Part shown: positions 7,573 through 15,915 of the stretch, piece by piece
Layout of the letters: every line of letters begins with the position of its first letter
Numbering within the stretch: position 1 is the first letter of the stretch
Source of the DNA: an uncultured virus (IMG/VR IMGVR_UViG_3300028048_000127)
Taxonomy: Duplodnaviria > Heunggongvirae > Uroviricota > Caudoviricetes
Length of the DNA: 20,000 nucleotides
Reading direction: 5' to 3' (one strand)
IMG/VR virus record: IMGVR_UViG_3300028048_000127
Notes under the pieces: generated by a model
Told to the model about the DNA's origin: nothing
Databases searched by the model: none
What the model saw: the letters and a program-made list of their open reading frames with translations, nothing else
Translations under genes and position numbers: made by a program

Positions 7573-7845
7573 ATGAGTAAATATACCGGACTACCAACAA
7601 TTAGATATATTGCCTACAAGGATGAATTTCAGTTGAAAGACGACAAGGAAAATATAAGGATTCCAAACAAACTTTTTTTAACGACATTAGAGAATAAAGG
7701 ATGGCCCCCTTATTATCACGTCCAGGCAACAACTTTAAAATATTTTTGTGATACGTATGTCGTCACGAAAACTTTAGCAAAAAGACTCAAGATGGCGCAT
7801 CGGAAAGAAAATACGCGCATAATTATACTTGCGAAAAGAAAATAA
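7573..7845 (+). CDS. Hypothetical basic protein, probably leaderless (start revised to ATG 7573)
   Basis: TTGTAA(7538)-17-TATAAT(7561, TG-extended)-6 nt-ATG; no SD. Confidence 0.7.
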   Translation: MSKYTGLPTIRYIAYKDEFQLKDDKENIRIPNKLFLTTLENKGWPPYYHVQATTLKYFCDTYVVTKTLAKRLKMAHRKENTRIIILAKRK

Positions 7846-7877
7846 AGATAATAAAATGTGTGTGAGGTAAAAGACCG

Positions 7878-8234
7878 ATGAGTTGGCTAGATCAGCGTTC
7901 AAATACAGTAGAAGATATGAGTGCCTTGAACAGGCACAATTTTGAACTTTATGTATCGGTCGGAACCGACATCGATAAACTTCCAATTATTTTCAGAAAA
8001 AAGAAAACTGATTTAGATATATGGTGCAGAAAAGAGTACGGCTTTGGCTTTGAGGATACTTATGCTTGGTTACTTAATGTAGCAGCTGGACAATATGCTG
8101 ACGTGATTGCAGCGTTTGCTGCCGAAGGTCTCAAAACGGCTATGTCCACGATGAATGAGGTCCTGCTTAAAACAAAGACCAACAATACTATGAAAGTGCA
8201 AATTGTATCGGATATGGATGAAAACGATGATTAA
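7878..8234 (+). CDS. Putative terminase small subunit-like protein
   Basis: HTH-like TDLDIWCRKEYGFGF, AAEGLKTA, C-terminal KVQIVSD strand; position upstream of portal; SD GAGG. Confidence 0.5.
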   Translation: MSWLDQRSNTVEDMSALNRHNFELYVSVGTDIDKLPIIFRKKKTDLDIWCRKEYGFGFEDTYAWLLNVAAGQYADVIAAFAAEGLKTAMSTMNEVLLKTKTNNTMKVQIVSDMDENDD

Positions 8235-8859
8235 TGAAACGAATCTTGAAGGAATAAAACGAGTAAAACAGTACGCGACTATCGAGAAAATGTTAGTCAA
8301 GACTAACTCATCGCGCTTTATTGTTTCTTTGCGTGACGAACCGCTTCTGGCCAGTGATGTTTTAGATCCGAAACGTAGAGATGAGATTCGTTGTACCACG
8401 GGCAGCTATTTTATCAAATATTCGCCAAGTGGAGACAAATTTTTTAATCCCAAATATCCTTATACAATTAAGACTTCCGATATGTTGGGGTGGAATCTTT
8501 GCGTATCTGGACCACAGCATTTAGCGAAAATCAAAATGGTTTTCCCCGAAGTTGCTTGGATTTTACGCAACTCAACGTTCGACGACACCTTATTTGCTAT
8601 CGCTAAGTCGTGTCCCGGAGCGATCATTCCGTTCAGTCTCGATGCGGTGCGATACTCTAATATGATCATAGCAAAAATGAATAAAGCAGGAATTGATCCA
8701 ACAGAAAATAAAGTATTTGTCACGTTTAAGTTCGCAGACAAAATTCCACATGTTACTGTGGATGAAAAAGACTTCTGGCCGAATAAAGATGAAGCAAGAG
8801 CAAAATATTTCGCGGTATCTAATAGTTTAGATCATAGTACCGTGCTTGCACACAAGTAA
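8227..8859 (+). CDS. Hypothetical protein (probable start ATG 8227, overlapping the upstream stop)
   Basis: Long ORF between the TerS-like gene and portal; no terminase ATPase motifs. Confidence 0.75.
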   Translation: MINETNLEGIKRVKQYATIEKMLVKTNSSRFIVSLRDEPLLASDVLDPKRRDEIRCTTGSYFIKYSPSGDKFFNPKYPYTIKTSDMLGWNLCVSGPQHLAKIKMVFPEVAWILRNSTFDDTLFAIAKSCPGAIIPFSLDAVRYSNMIIAKMNKAGIDPTENKVFVTFKFADKIPHVTVDEKDFWPNKDEARAKYFAVSNSLDHSTVLAHK

Positions 8860-8888
8860 TATACGTACATAATAAGGAGAAATAGAAT

Positions 8889-10541
8889 ATGAATTGGCGT
8901 GAGTACATGCGTAAGAAGGTATTTGGTATCTTAGGTCTAGTATCGACACAAGAAAATCCAAACACTCCTCGCAAAACATTTGTAAATAACTTTCAGAACA
9001 TTGAGAACCTTAAGCTCAGAGAATACAACATCTGGTATGCTGGAGATTCCGATGAGCTTTTGAATTTCTATACCGAAGCGAACCAAATCGAATATAACTA
9101 TGAGCCTTATTACGATCGTAACAAAACGTCCTACTTCTGGGCGATAAGTTCTACCGAGAACGACATCAAGCGTACTCACTCGGGTCAGCCAAGAAACATA
9201 GTGGATACACTTGTGAACATTGTCGGCTATCCGAAGATAAAAGTGTCTGATTCTGATACCGAAAAACTTCAAGCCGTGCTTGCGCGTATATTAAAAGAGA
9301 ACAGATTTAAGAAGATGTTTCTACAGGAGCAACTCCCACTTACCCTCGTAGAGGGTTGGGGCGGTTATAAGATTAACTGGGACAAATCTATATCCGATTA
9401 TCCTATAATCGTATATTATCGCGCCGATGCGGTAGATTTCATTTTAAGATCGAATCGGGTCGTTGCGATGGTGTTCAGAGATTACTATTACGGCGACGAT
9501 GATAAACGATATGTCCTAATCGAAACGAGACGTACCGCGTTGGACACTGACGGCAGTAGATGTCTAATTATCGAAAAGGAATTATTCGCTTGGGGCGCAG
9601 ACGATTCCATGATGCCTGTCCCTCTAAAGGATTTAAAACAACTAAAAGATGTTGAACCAGTTATTAAAGTTTCTAATTACTCAGGGCTCCTAGCAGTTCC
9701 TTGTGTTATATACGAAGACAACGAAACCGATAATTGCGGTAGATCTATCTTTACCGGCAAAATCGATTTATTTGATGATCTAGACCAATGCTTGTCGCAA
9801 TCATCCAATACGGTTCGAAGAAGTACGACCCGCGAATACTTCAACTCTCAATATCTAGAACGTAACGAAGAGACTGGTATGCCAATACAACCAAAAGCAT
9901 ATGATCGTAAATATACGTTATACGCTGGTGCGAGAGATGCGAACGGAGCGGTAAGTGGCGAACCGGTTACAGTTACCCAACCTGCACTAAACTTTGTGCA
10001 ATATGATCAAGAAGCTACACACATCCTTCTTGAATTAATATCCGGAATCATGTCACCAGCTACATTAGGATTAGATTTGGCTAAGAAAGACAACGCTGAT
10101 GCACAAAGAGAAAAAGAGAAGGTTACAATCTTTACTAGAAACACCATCATTGCTGAAGAGATGGACATTCTAGAAAAGCTAGGTGTTGAACTTATGTGTG
10201 CTAATGAACTTATGCACAAAGGTGAGATTACCCACAAAGACTACGATGTTGCTGTAGAATTCAATGAGCTCACCGATGCTTCGATGGAATCCAGGATGGA
10301 AGTTGCACTCACTGCTTATAACGGCGATGTAATGACACCTGAGATGACCGTTGAGTACATGTACCAAGATTCCTTATCTCCTGATGAGAAGAAAAAACTC
10401 GTTGCGTACATGAAAGAACAAAAAGCAAATGCAATGAACGGTGGAATGTCACCAGAGATGATGGCCGCTATGGGCGCATCGATGGGCGGCGACAATGAAT
10501 ATGATCAAGCCGTTGCGGAACAAGCCGCACTAAACGAATAG
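8889..10541 (+). CDS. Phage portal protein (SPP1 gp6 / A118-like)
   Basis: 550 aa; GRSIFTGKIDLFDDLDQCLSQ, GIMSPATLGL and VAVEFNE segments typical of this portal family; precedes a minor capsid gene. Confidence 0.85.
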   Translation: MNWREYMRKKVFGILGLVSTQENPNTPRKTFVNNFQNIENLKLREYNIWYAGDSDELLNFYTEANQIEYNYEPYYDRNKTSYFWAISSTENDIKRTHSGQPRNIVDTLVNIVGYPKIKVSDSDTEKLQAVLARILKENRFKKMFLQEQLPLTLVEGWGGYKINWDKSISDYPIIVYYRADAVDFILRSNRVVAMVFRDYYYGDDDKRYVLIETRRTALDTDGSRCLIIEKELFAWGADDSMMPVPLKDLKQLKDVEPVIKVSNYSGLLAVPCVIYEDNETDNCGRSIFTGKIDLFDDLDQCLSQSSNTVRRSTTREYFNSQYLERNEETGMPIQPKAYDRKYTLYAGARDANGAVSGEPVTVTQPALNFVQYDQEATHILLELISGIMSPATLGLDLAKKDNADAQREKEKVTIFTRNTIIAEEMDILEKLGVELMCANELMHKGEITHKDYDVAVEFNELTDASMESRMEVALTAYNGDVMTPEMTVEYMYQDSLSPDEKKKLVAYMKEQKANAMNGGMSPEMMAAMGASMGGDNEYDQAVAEQAALNE

Positions 10542-10566
10542 GGACTCTTCAATGAGTTCCTTTTTG
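10541..10566 (+). terminator. Intrinsic terminator after portal
   Basis: GGGACTC-TTCAAT-GAGTTCC plus T tract. Confidence 0.75.
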
Positions 10567-10600
10567 TTGCGCTTGGGTGCATATATGCTATAATACGTGT

Positions 10601-11512
10601 ATGGAAAGATTTAGTAAGGACCGCAGTAAGTCCGCTGCGAAACGATTCAGAACGGATATTACCGCGATAGTATATAACGGATTGGTCCATGACGTCCCGA
10701 AACACAAGGTTTACGGACAAATCAAGGCCGAAATCAATTATTTTACGTCGAAAACACCTGGAATGACCTATAGAGAACGCGGATATTTGTGGGCTACATC
10801 CCTAAAAGCGTATTCTCTTTGTGCAAAACAAGCCTATTACGGGCTCAAAAAGGCGAAAAGTGCTCCAACATACCAGGAAAGGCTAGAAAATCGCTCTAAT
10901 GAGGCTTTTAAGGCCATAAAAACGAATTTTATAGGCTCAACAGCCCTGTCAAAAGTCACAAATGACATCATAAATCGCGTTGAATCGCGTTATAAAGTGT
11001 CTGAACTAGATAAAAATGAAGGAAATAGCATCTTTTTCCTATGTGATGTACACGAACCATGTGCAGACGATCATAAAAATTACCAGGGAAGGCTCTATAT
11101 CAAGGAAGATTGGGAACTTTATGTTGATGATCCTGTTGTTGCAGCGAAAATTAACGCTTATTTGCACAATCATCCTATTATGAAGACCCAGACACTGGAA
11201 TGGGTGCTAGGAAAGAAGAGCTCAAACAAGGAAGCATCTCCTTATCTTATTACTAGACCAAACTGTAAGCATCATCTTGTCCCGGTGAGCATCGATGAGG
11301 TGCTGAGTGGATCGGTGAAGAGTTTGTTAAAGGCCAAGAAGCTGATTCACCGTCACGAACCGGAACAGAGCGCTGCGGAACGTCCATACCGTGCTTATAA
11401 GGAACGCTTAGATACGCTACATGAACTATACAAAGTGATGCCAAGCGAAAAACTCGGCAAGGAAATTGCCGAAACGAGCAAGATGGCTAAAAAGTGGGGA
11501 TCAATGCGCTAG
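10601..11512 (+). CDS. Minor capsid / head morphogenesis protein (Phage_min_cap2 / MuF-like), probably leaderless (start revised to ATG 10601)
   Basis: HEPCADDHKNYQGRLY and RPNCKH motifs; directly after portal; TGCTATAAT-6 nt-ATG with no SD. Confidence 0.75.
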   Translation: MERFSKDRSKSAAKRFRTDITAIVYNGLVHDVPKHKVYGQIKAEINYFTSKTPGMTYRERGYLWATSLKAYSLCAKQAYYGLKKAKSAPTYQERLENRSNEAFKAIKTNFIGSTALSKVTNDIINRVESRYKVSELDKNEGNSIFFLCDVHEPCADDHKNYQGRLYIKEDWELYVDDPVVAAKINAYLHNHPIMKTQTLEWVLGKKSSNKEASPYLITRPNCKHHLVPVSIDEVLSGSVKSLLKAKKLIHRHEPEQSAAERPYRAYKERLDTLHELYKVMPSEKLGKEIAETSKMAKKWGSMR

Positions 11513-11532
11513 CCGTGCTTAATCCCTGAAGG

Positions 11533-11775
11533 CTAAGAGTTAGATCTTAGCTTTTTTTCTACCTTAGGTTTGATGTTGAGTGATTCAGGACAACCAAAGA
11601 TGTATTCGTTGTTGGATAATCCGAATTCACGTTTGATGATTGTTGTGCGATCTACTCGATTGAAGACTTTTGGATCCTGAAGAAGATCGAATAGCTTTTG
11701 CTCACATTCTTCTTTAGTAGGTGCTGGCCAAAGATGGATGGTCTTATCTTTACAATATATCGTTGCGTAATACAT
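11533..11775 (-). CDS. Hypothetical protein
   Basis: SD AAGGAG; last gene of cassette 1 operon. Confidence 0.75.
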   Translation of the reverse strand: MYYATIYCKDKTIHLWPAPTKEECEQKLFDLLQDPKVFNRVDRTTIIKREFGLSNNEYIFGCPESLNIKPKVEKKLRSNS

Positions 11776-11788
11776 ATCTGCGTCTCCT

Positions 11789-12133
11789 TTATCTATTTGT
11801 TTGCTTACAGAACAGGATGTATTCCTTCATGTAAGGCTTGCGTAGAGTTTTATCCCACCAGGTGTCCAGGGAAGGGACTTTAATGTTAAGATCAGGAATA
11901 GGCATAATAACTTCTTTTTCAATCACACCATCATGAAAGAAATCGTAGACTTTAAACTCGAAGCGGTTTTTCTCTAAGAGCGGTCTTTTAATGATGTAAA
12001 AAGGATGTCTGCGTCCTAGAACCTGAACATACTTCTTCTTTACCTCACCGTGCTTGCCCGCATAGGAGAATTTGAAATATTCCAGATCTGTACAAAGTCC
12101 TGCTTTAAAATTGGTATAGTTTGCTACGATCAT
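11789..12133 (-). CDS. Hypothetical protein
   Basis: SD AAGGAG. Confidence 0.78.
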   Translation of the reverse strand: MIVANYTNFKAGLCTDLEYFKFSYAGKHGEVKKKYVQVLGRRHPFYIIKRPLLEKNRFEFKVYDFFHDGVIEKEVIMPIPDLNIKVPSLDTWWDKTLRKPYMKEYILFCKQTNR

Positions 12134-12145
12134 TAATTCTCCTTC

Positions 12146-12538
12146 CTAGAATCCATAAAATTCTGTCGCGAAATGGTCAAAGTTTATTTCCTGATTGTCT
12201 AAGAGTAAGCATCCCGATGTTTCACTGATGATGTCTGAGTAAACTAGGTCTTCATCATCCGTTGTTTGCGGAAAGACCGCTACGATGATATATGAGTGCG
12301 GGTCGCTAAGTAACGCTGCGAGGCGTTTCTTGTGGTACGAAGACAACTTAAGATAGTTATCCTTCTTGGCGTTGTGAATCTTTAATTCGCCTTTTGTCCT
12401 GGTATTGAGTCCGTTGCTGGAATAATCGGTCCATCCTTCAATATCATATTCGTAGCGTTTCTTACCGTTCTCTATGATTAAAGTATCTGGCGTATATCCA
12501 ATGCCGTTCTTGCTGATTCCTGATAGATAGAGTCTCAT
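12146..12538 (-). CDS. Hypothetical protein
   Basis: SD GAGGA. Confidence 0.78.
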   Translation of the reverse strand: MRLYLSGISKNGIGYTPDTLIIENGKKRYEYDIEGWTDYSSNGLNTRTKGELKIHNAKKDNYLKLSSYHKKRLAALLSDPHSYIIVAVFPQTTDDEDLVYSDIISETSGCLLLDNQEINFDHFATEFYGF

Positions 12539-12541
12539 GTT

Positions 12542-12715
12542 TTATTCCTCTTCAATATAATCTAGCATCAAATCGCGGGCAATTGAACTATGCTTTTCCG
12601 CGTATGATTCCGCTTCTAAGAATGCTTCATCATATGTTGTCGATTCTAAAGGTACATCTTTGACTCCCATGAGGGAACCGTTTTCGTTTAATTCTGAAAA
12701 TCTCGCGTAAAACAT
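12542..12715 (-). CDS. Small acidic hypothetical protein (57 aa; start revised to ATG 12715)
   Basis: SD AGAGGA in the end of the upstream ORF. Confidence 0.7.
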   Translation of the reverse strand: MFYARFSELNENGSLMGVKDVPLESTTYDEAFLEAESYAEKHSSIARDLMLDYIEEE

Positions 12716-12719
12716 ATGC

Positions 12720-12893
12720 TTATCCTCTATACCAGACAATATACGCCTGAGAACCATCTTTTCCAGTCCACAAATGATAATGTGGAATGTGATGCTTGTT
12801 CATATAGCGGCTCTGTCTTCTTTTGATAGCCTCACAAAAGCGTTTGGCTTCTTGTTCCGTCTTGCAGAAACTGAAATTCAATTGTGATTTCAT
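12720..12893 (-). CDS. Small hypothetical protein (57 aa, not in ORF track): MKSQLNFSFCKTEQEAKRFCEAIKRRQSRYMNKHHIPHYHLWTGKDGSQAYIVWYRG
   Basis: Hand-translated; SD AGGAGG; first gene after the promoter at 12916-12944. Confidence 0.8.
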   Translation of the reverse strand: MKSQLNFSFCKTEQEAKRFCEAIKRRQSRYMNKHHIPHYHLWTGKDGSQAYIVWYRG

Positions 12894-12901
12894 ACAATTC
12901 T

Positions 12902-13011
12902 TCCTCCTGTTATATATAATACACTATATATGCAGTTATTGCAAGTTTGCTGGATCAGGATGCTGATACCGTGCTTGTATAGGTAAGAGAAAACCCAGAT
13001 TGCTCTGGGTT
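12902..13011 (-). promoter_or_regulatory. Cassette spacer 1: terminator, heptamer, promoter, SD
   Basis: Hairpin 12992-13011; heptamer 12969; TTGCAA-17-TATTAT (12944-12916). Confidence 0.8.
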
Positions 13012-13023
13012 GTTGATTTCTTA

Positions 13024-13581
13024 TTAATATAAGAAGCGATGGATTGACAGTTCTTCGTCAGGAGCGTACTCGATATAGAAGTCATCTCTAATTTTGTTAG
13101 GAAGAACGCTAAGATTAAACTCTTCCTTAACAAATTTGACCAACTCTTCATCGGTTTCAAAGTATTCGCTACCAGTTTCTTCGCTATAGAGACAGTACTT
13201 ATCCTTAAAGTATTTGTGTTCCGTATCGGTATTGATGTAAATATCTTCGCCGCATTCTTCAGCAATCACAACGCAGCGAAGCGTTTCGTATCGTTCCGCT
13301 AAGATGCGTTCTAGACCGTCAATCATCGGACTCCAGGCTGATTCAAAGAAGAAACGGAACGAACCGTCTGGCTCTAAAGATGTAGAATCGTAAATAGGGC
13401 CTCTAATCCAATCTGGGTCGTTTAGGATGTCTTCGTATTGATGAACAGCGAACAGTTCATAAGTTCCCCAAGTATTATTCTTGCAGGAATTAACATATGC
13501 TTGTGCGTATCTTTCTTTAAATAATTCTACTTCGTCTTTTCTGCCGAAGACGACAACGGCGTTAGAACACCAATTTGGCAT
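13024..13581 (-). CDS. DUF1281/YubB ferredoxin-like (Api92-like) protein
   Basis: N-terminal MPNWCSN and FESAWSP motifs; SD AAGGAGG. Confidence 0.75.
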   Translation of the reverse strand: MPNWCSNAVVVFGRKDEVELFKERYAQAYVNSCKNNTWGTYELFAVHQYEDILNDPDWIRGPIYDSTSLEPDGSFRFFFESAWSPMIDGLERILAERYETLRCVVIAEECGEDIYINTDTEHKYFKDKYCLYSEETGSEYFETDEELVKFVKEEFNLSVLPNKIRDDFYIEYAPDEELSIHRFLY

Positions 13582-13588
13582 AACATTT

Positions 13589-13737
13589 TCCTCCTTCTAA
13601 CTGAGATAATTATAACATATCGGTAAAGATTGAGCAAGTTTCTGGCTTGCCGTGCTAGATAGGGCGAAGAAAAAACTCAATCGTTGAGTTGATTGAGTTG
13701 ATTGGGTTGATTGGGTTGATTGAGTTGATTAGGTTGT
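13589..13737 (-). promoter_or_regulatory. Cassette spacer 2
   Basis: Terminator with repeated arm; heptamer 13650; TTGCTC-17-TGnTATAAT (13637-13609). Confidence 0.82.
13684..13737. repeat. 9-bp tandem repeat TTGRGTTGA x6
   Basis: TTGAGTTGA x2, TTGGGTTGA x2, TTGAGTTGA, TTAGGTTGT. Confidence 0.95.
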
Positions 13738-13738
13738 T

Positions 13739-14125
13739 TTAGTGTGCTTCTCTTCGGTTCTCGATGATGCTTTGGTCGTCTTCCACAAAGCCCATACAGT
13801 AATCTTCGTAGAGCGTGATATCAAAGTATCGGTCAACTTCGCTCCCATCCAAGCCGTCGTTGTAGCATATCTCGACTTCCGCAATTTGATTTTTGAATTC
13901 CCAGGTCAAAACTGATTCAATGGAATTTGCGATGTCTTTGTCGATAAAACCTTCTTCTAGACCGAAATACTCTTCTATCTCATCAAAGTATGTAATCCAG
14001 TTGTTGGTGTGTGTTTCGTGGCTAGTTTCCACATAAAGATATGTTGCAATTTTGATTAGTAAGTCTTTGTATAAGATATGACTACCATCTTTTAATTCAA
14101 TAGCATCTTTGAAGTCTATTAACAT
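13739..14125 (-). CDS. Very acidic hypothetical protein (128 aa; start revised to ATG 14125)
   Basis: SD GAGGAGG; about 31 D/E versus 9 K/R by hand count. Confidence 0.82.
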   Translation of the reverse strand: MLIDFKDAIELKDGSHILYKDLLIKIATYLYVETSHETHTNNWITYFDEIEEYFGLEEGFIDKDIANSIESVLTWEFKNQIAEVEICYNDGLDGSEVDRYFDITLYEDYCMGFVEDDQSIIENRREAH

Positions 14126-14132
14126 ATTCTTT

Positions 14133-14237
14133 TCCTCCTCTTTGTACTTAAAGTATATCATATCGTATATATTGATGCAAGTTTTACGCCGACAGCACGG
14201 ATATAGCCAGAATAAAAAAAGCTGGAGGTTATCCAGC
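14133..14237 (-). promoter_or_regulatory. Cassette spacer 3
   Basis: Hairpin GCTGGA/TCCAGC 14221-14237; heptamer (rc) 14194; TTGCAT-17-TGnTATACT (14180-14152). Confidence 0.82.
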
Positions 14238-14239
14238 TC

Positions 14240-14581
14240 TTAATAATTTACAAGATTTGCTAACTCTTTTAAGTCCGCTTGATATTGATGTGCATAATCC
14301 ATCAGGTTTATTAGAGTAGTTTTCGGAGGAAGATTTCCTTCTAGATACCTGCTTGCTGCAAACTCGTCAGGATTGAATTCGTTTGCGTATTTTTCTACCT
14401 GTTTATAACAAGGCAAATCGCAATAGAACGAATCGGTTTGGATATAAACGGTCATCGTCTTTCCGTATTTAGGGTTTTTGTAGCGTAGCTCATATAGATT
14501 GTGACTCTTGAGCTTAAACACTTCAAATTGAGTTCCTTCGTTTATATTTTTGATCTGTTGGTTAGTTAATTTGTGTTTCAT
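14240..14581 (-). CDS. Hypothetical protein
   Basis: SD AAGGAG; own promoter and terminator. Confidence 0.8.
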   Translation of the reverse strand: MKHKLTNQQIKNINEGTQFEVFKLKSHNLYELRYKNPKYGKTMTVYIQTDSFYCDLPCYKQVEKYANEFNPDEFAASRYLEGNLPPKTTLINLMDYAHQYQADLKELANLVNY

Positions 14582-14587
14582 AAACTT

Positions 14588-14683
14588 TCTCCTTATATGT
14601 TATTATATCACAACTCTGATCGGCGTCAACGGTTAGCCGTGCTAGGATATACGCCAATAAAAAAAGATCAGGTGAGTACCTGA
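14588..14683 (-). promoter_or_regulatory. Cassette spacer 4
   Basis: Hairpin TCAGGT/ACCTGA 14668-14683; heptamer 14637; TTGACG-16-TGnTATAAT (14629-14602). Confidence 0.82.
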
Positions 14684-14685
14684 CC

Positions 14686-15351
14686 TTAAACTGCTTTATA
14701 AACATTTACTCGTTGGGTATATGTTTTCGATATTTCATAGAAGACCACATCTTCTGGTTTAGTTCCTTTGAAGAATGAAGCAATTTCTTCTTTTATATCT
14801 TTTAAATTGTATTTAGTTGTTAAGTAAGTAAAACCGCAAATATCGTTTTCATCTTTAACTTCGGTATCTTCGTCATGGATTTCTATTTCAGTTCCAGTAG
14901 CGAAGTAAATTGCTTCTAAATAGTCAATTTCTTCAGTAGTTGTACTAACTGGACAATAGACTTTACACCAATCACCTTGACAATAACCTCTAATACATCT
15001 AGTTTCATATTGTTTTCCTTTGATGATTGATAAACAAATAAGGGTGATATCGGTTTCATCTAAGTTATCTAAAGCATCTTTTAATCGATGAAGTTCAGTA
15101 GGTGAATAATTTTTTCCGTTATCTTTTTTTGGAAGATAATCATAGATATAATCCTTAATTTTATTATCATAGAAGACTTCATAATCGTAGGAATTGTAGT
15201 TATTGATGAATTCCTTAATTGACTTTAAATCTTCATCATGGAAGCCTGGATAATCTCGATTTCCTTCTACGATAATGTCTTCGCTAACATTATCTTCATA
15301 GATGCGATAATCGAAGAATTCAGGGTCTAATTGTTTTGCATAAATCTTCAT
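14686..15351 (-). CDS. Acidic hypothetical phage protein (RGYCQGDW motif)
   Basis: SD AAGGAGG; own promoter and terminator. Confidence 0.85.
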   Translation of the reverse strand: MKIYAKQLDPEFFDYRIYEDNVSEDIIVEGNRDYPGFHDEDLKSIKEFINNYNSYDYEVFYDNKIKDYIYDYLPKKDNGKNYSPTELHRLKDALDNLDETDITLICLSIIKGKQYETRCIRGYCQGDWCKVYCPVSTTTEEIDYLEAIYFATGTEIEIHDEDTEVKDENDICGFTYLTTKYNLKDIKEEIASFFKGTKPEDVVFYEISKTYTQRVNVYKAV

Positions 15352-15357
15352 ACACTC

Positions 15358-15492
15358 TTCCTCCTTTATGCAATAACATTATACACTATATGTTATATAA
15401 ATGCAAGTTTGCGAACCGCTGCGGATCGGCACGGTACTGAGCGATGCGGCGGATAAAAAAAAGAACCGACCTGAGGTGAATCGATTCTTTTT
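15358..15492 (-). promoter_or_regulatory. Cassette spacer 5
   Basis: Hairpin about 15455-15492; variant heptamer GGCACGG 15428; TTGCAT-17-TATAAT (15406-15378). Confidence 0.8.
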
Positions 15493-15540
15493 GTGTATGG
15501 GAGGTAAATGAGTGGACTGTGTGTTTCTTTTTCCTAAACC

Positions 15541-15768
15541 TCAGCAATTATCATTCATATATTTTTTAATTTTATCATATCTTTCCTTTTCGACACGATA
15601 AAATCTATTATCGCTAGTTTCTTGTGGATACAGACAAATCTTATCAATAATTTCATCTTTGTCATTTAGGATGAAAAATTCAACATAGTTTATACAAATA
15701 TACGAAGGATGTCTGCAATGTATTTTGTTAAACCATTCAATATCAATCATATAAGATTTTAAATTCAT
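15541..15768 (-). CDS. Hypothetical protein
   Basis: SD GGAAGG; own promoter. Confidence 0.72.
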   Translation of the reverse strand: MNLKSYMIDIEWFNKIHCRHPSYICINYVEFFILNDKDEIIDKICLYPQETSDNRFYRVEKERYDKIKKYMNDNC

Positions 15769-15775
15769 AATATTT

Positions 15776-15913
15776 TCCTTCCTCTTTACGAATATAGTAT
15801 AGCATATATGTTATGCGATGTCAAGTTTCGCATCTAACCGTCGTGATCCAGCTTACCGTGCTTAGCTCCTGATCCAAATAAAAAGAGCAGGAATTTACCT
15901 GCTCCTTTATTTT
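15776..15913 (-). promoter_or_regulatory. Cassette spacer 6
   Basis: Hairpin GAGCAGG/CCTGCTC; heptamer 15856; TTGACA-17-TGnTATACT (15824-15796). Confidence 0.85.
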
Positions 15914-15915
15914 GA

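Noticed and set aside
2363..10720. Antisense ORFs inside + strand genes (2363, 4056, 4674, 5312, 5799, 6902, 7774, 8070, 8460, 8937, 10007, 10179, 10505)
   Set aside because: They overlap better-supported genes or regulatory DNA and lack SDs or recognisable motifs.
13684..13737. Mini-CRISPR or iteron array
   Set aside because: Contiguous 9-bp units with no spacers; explained as an expanded terminator arm.
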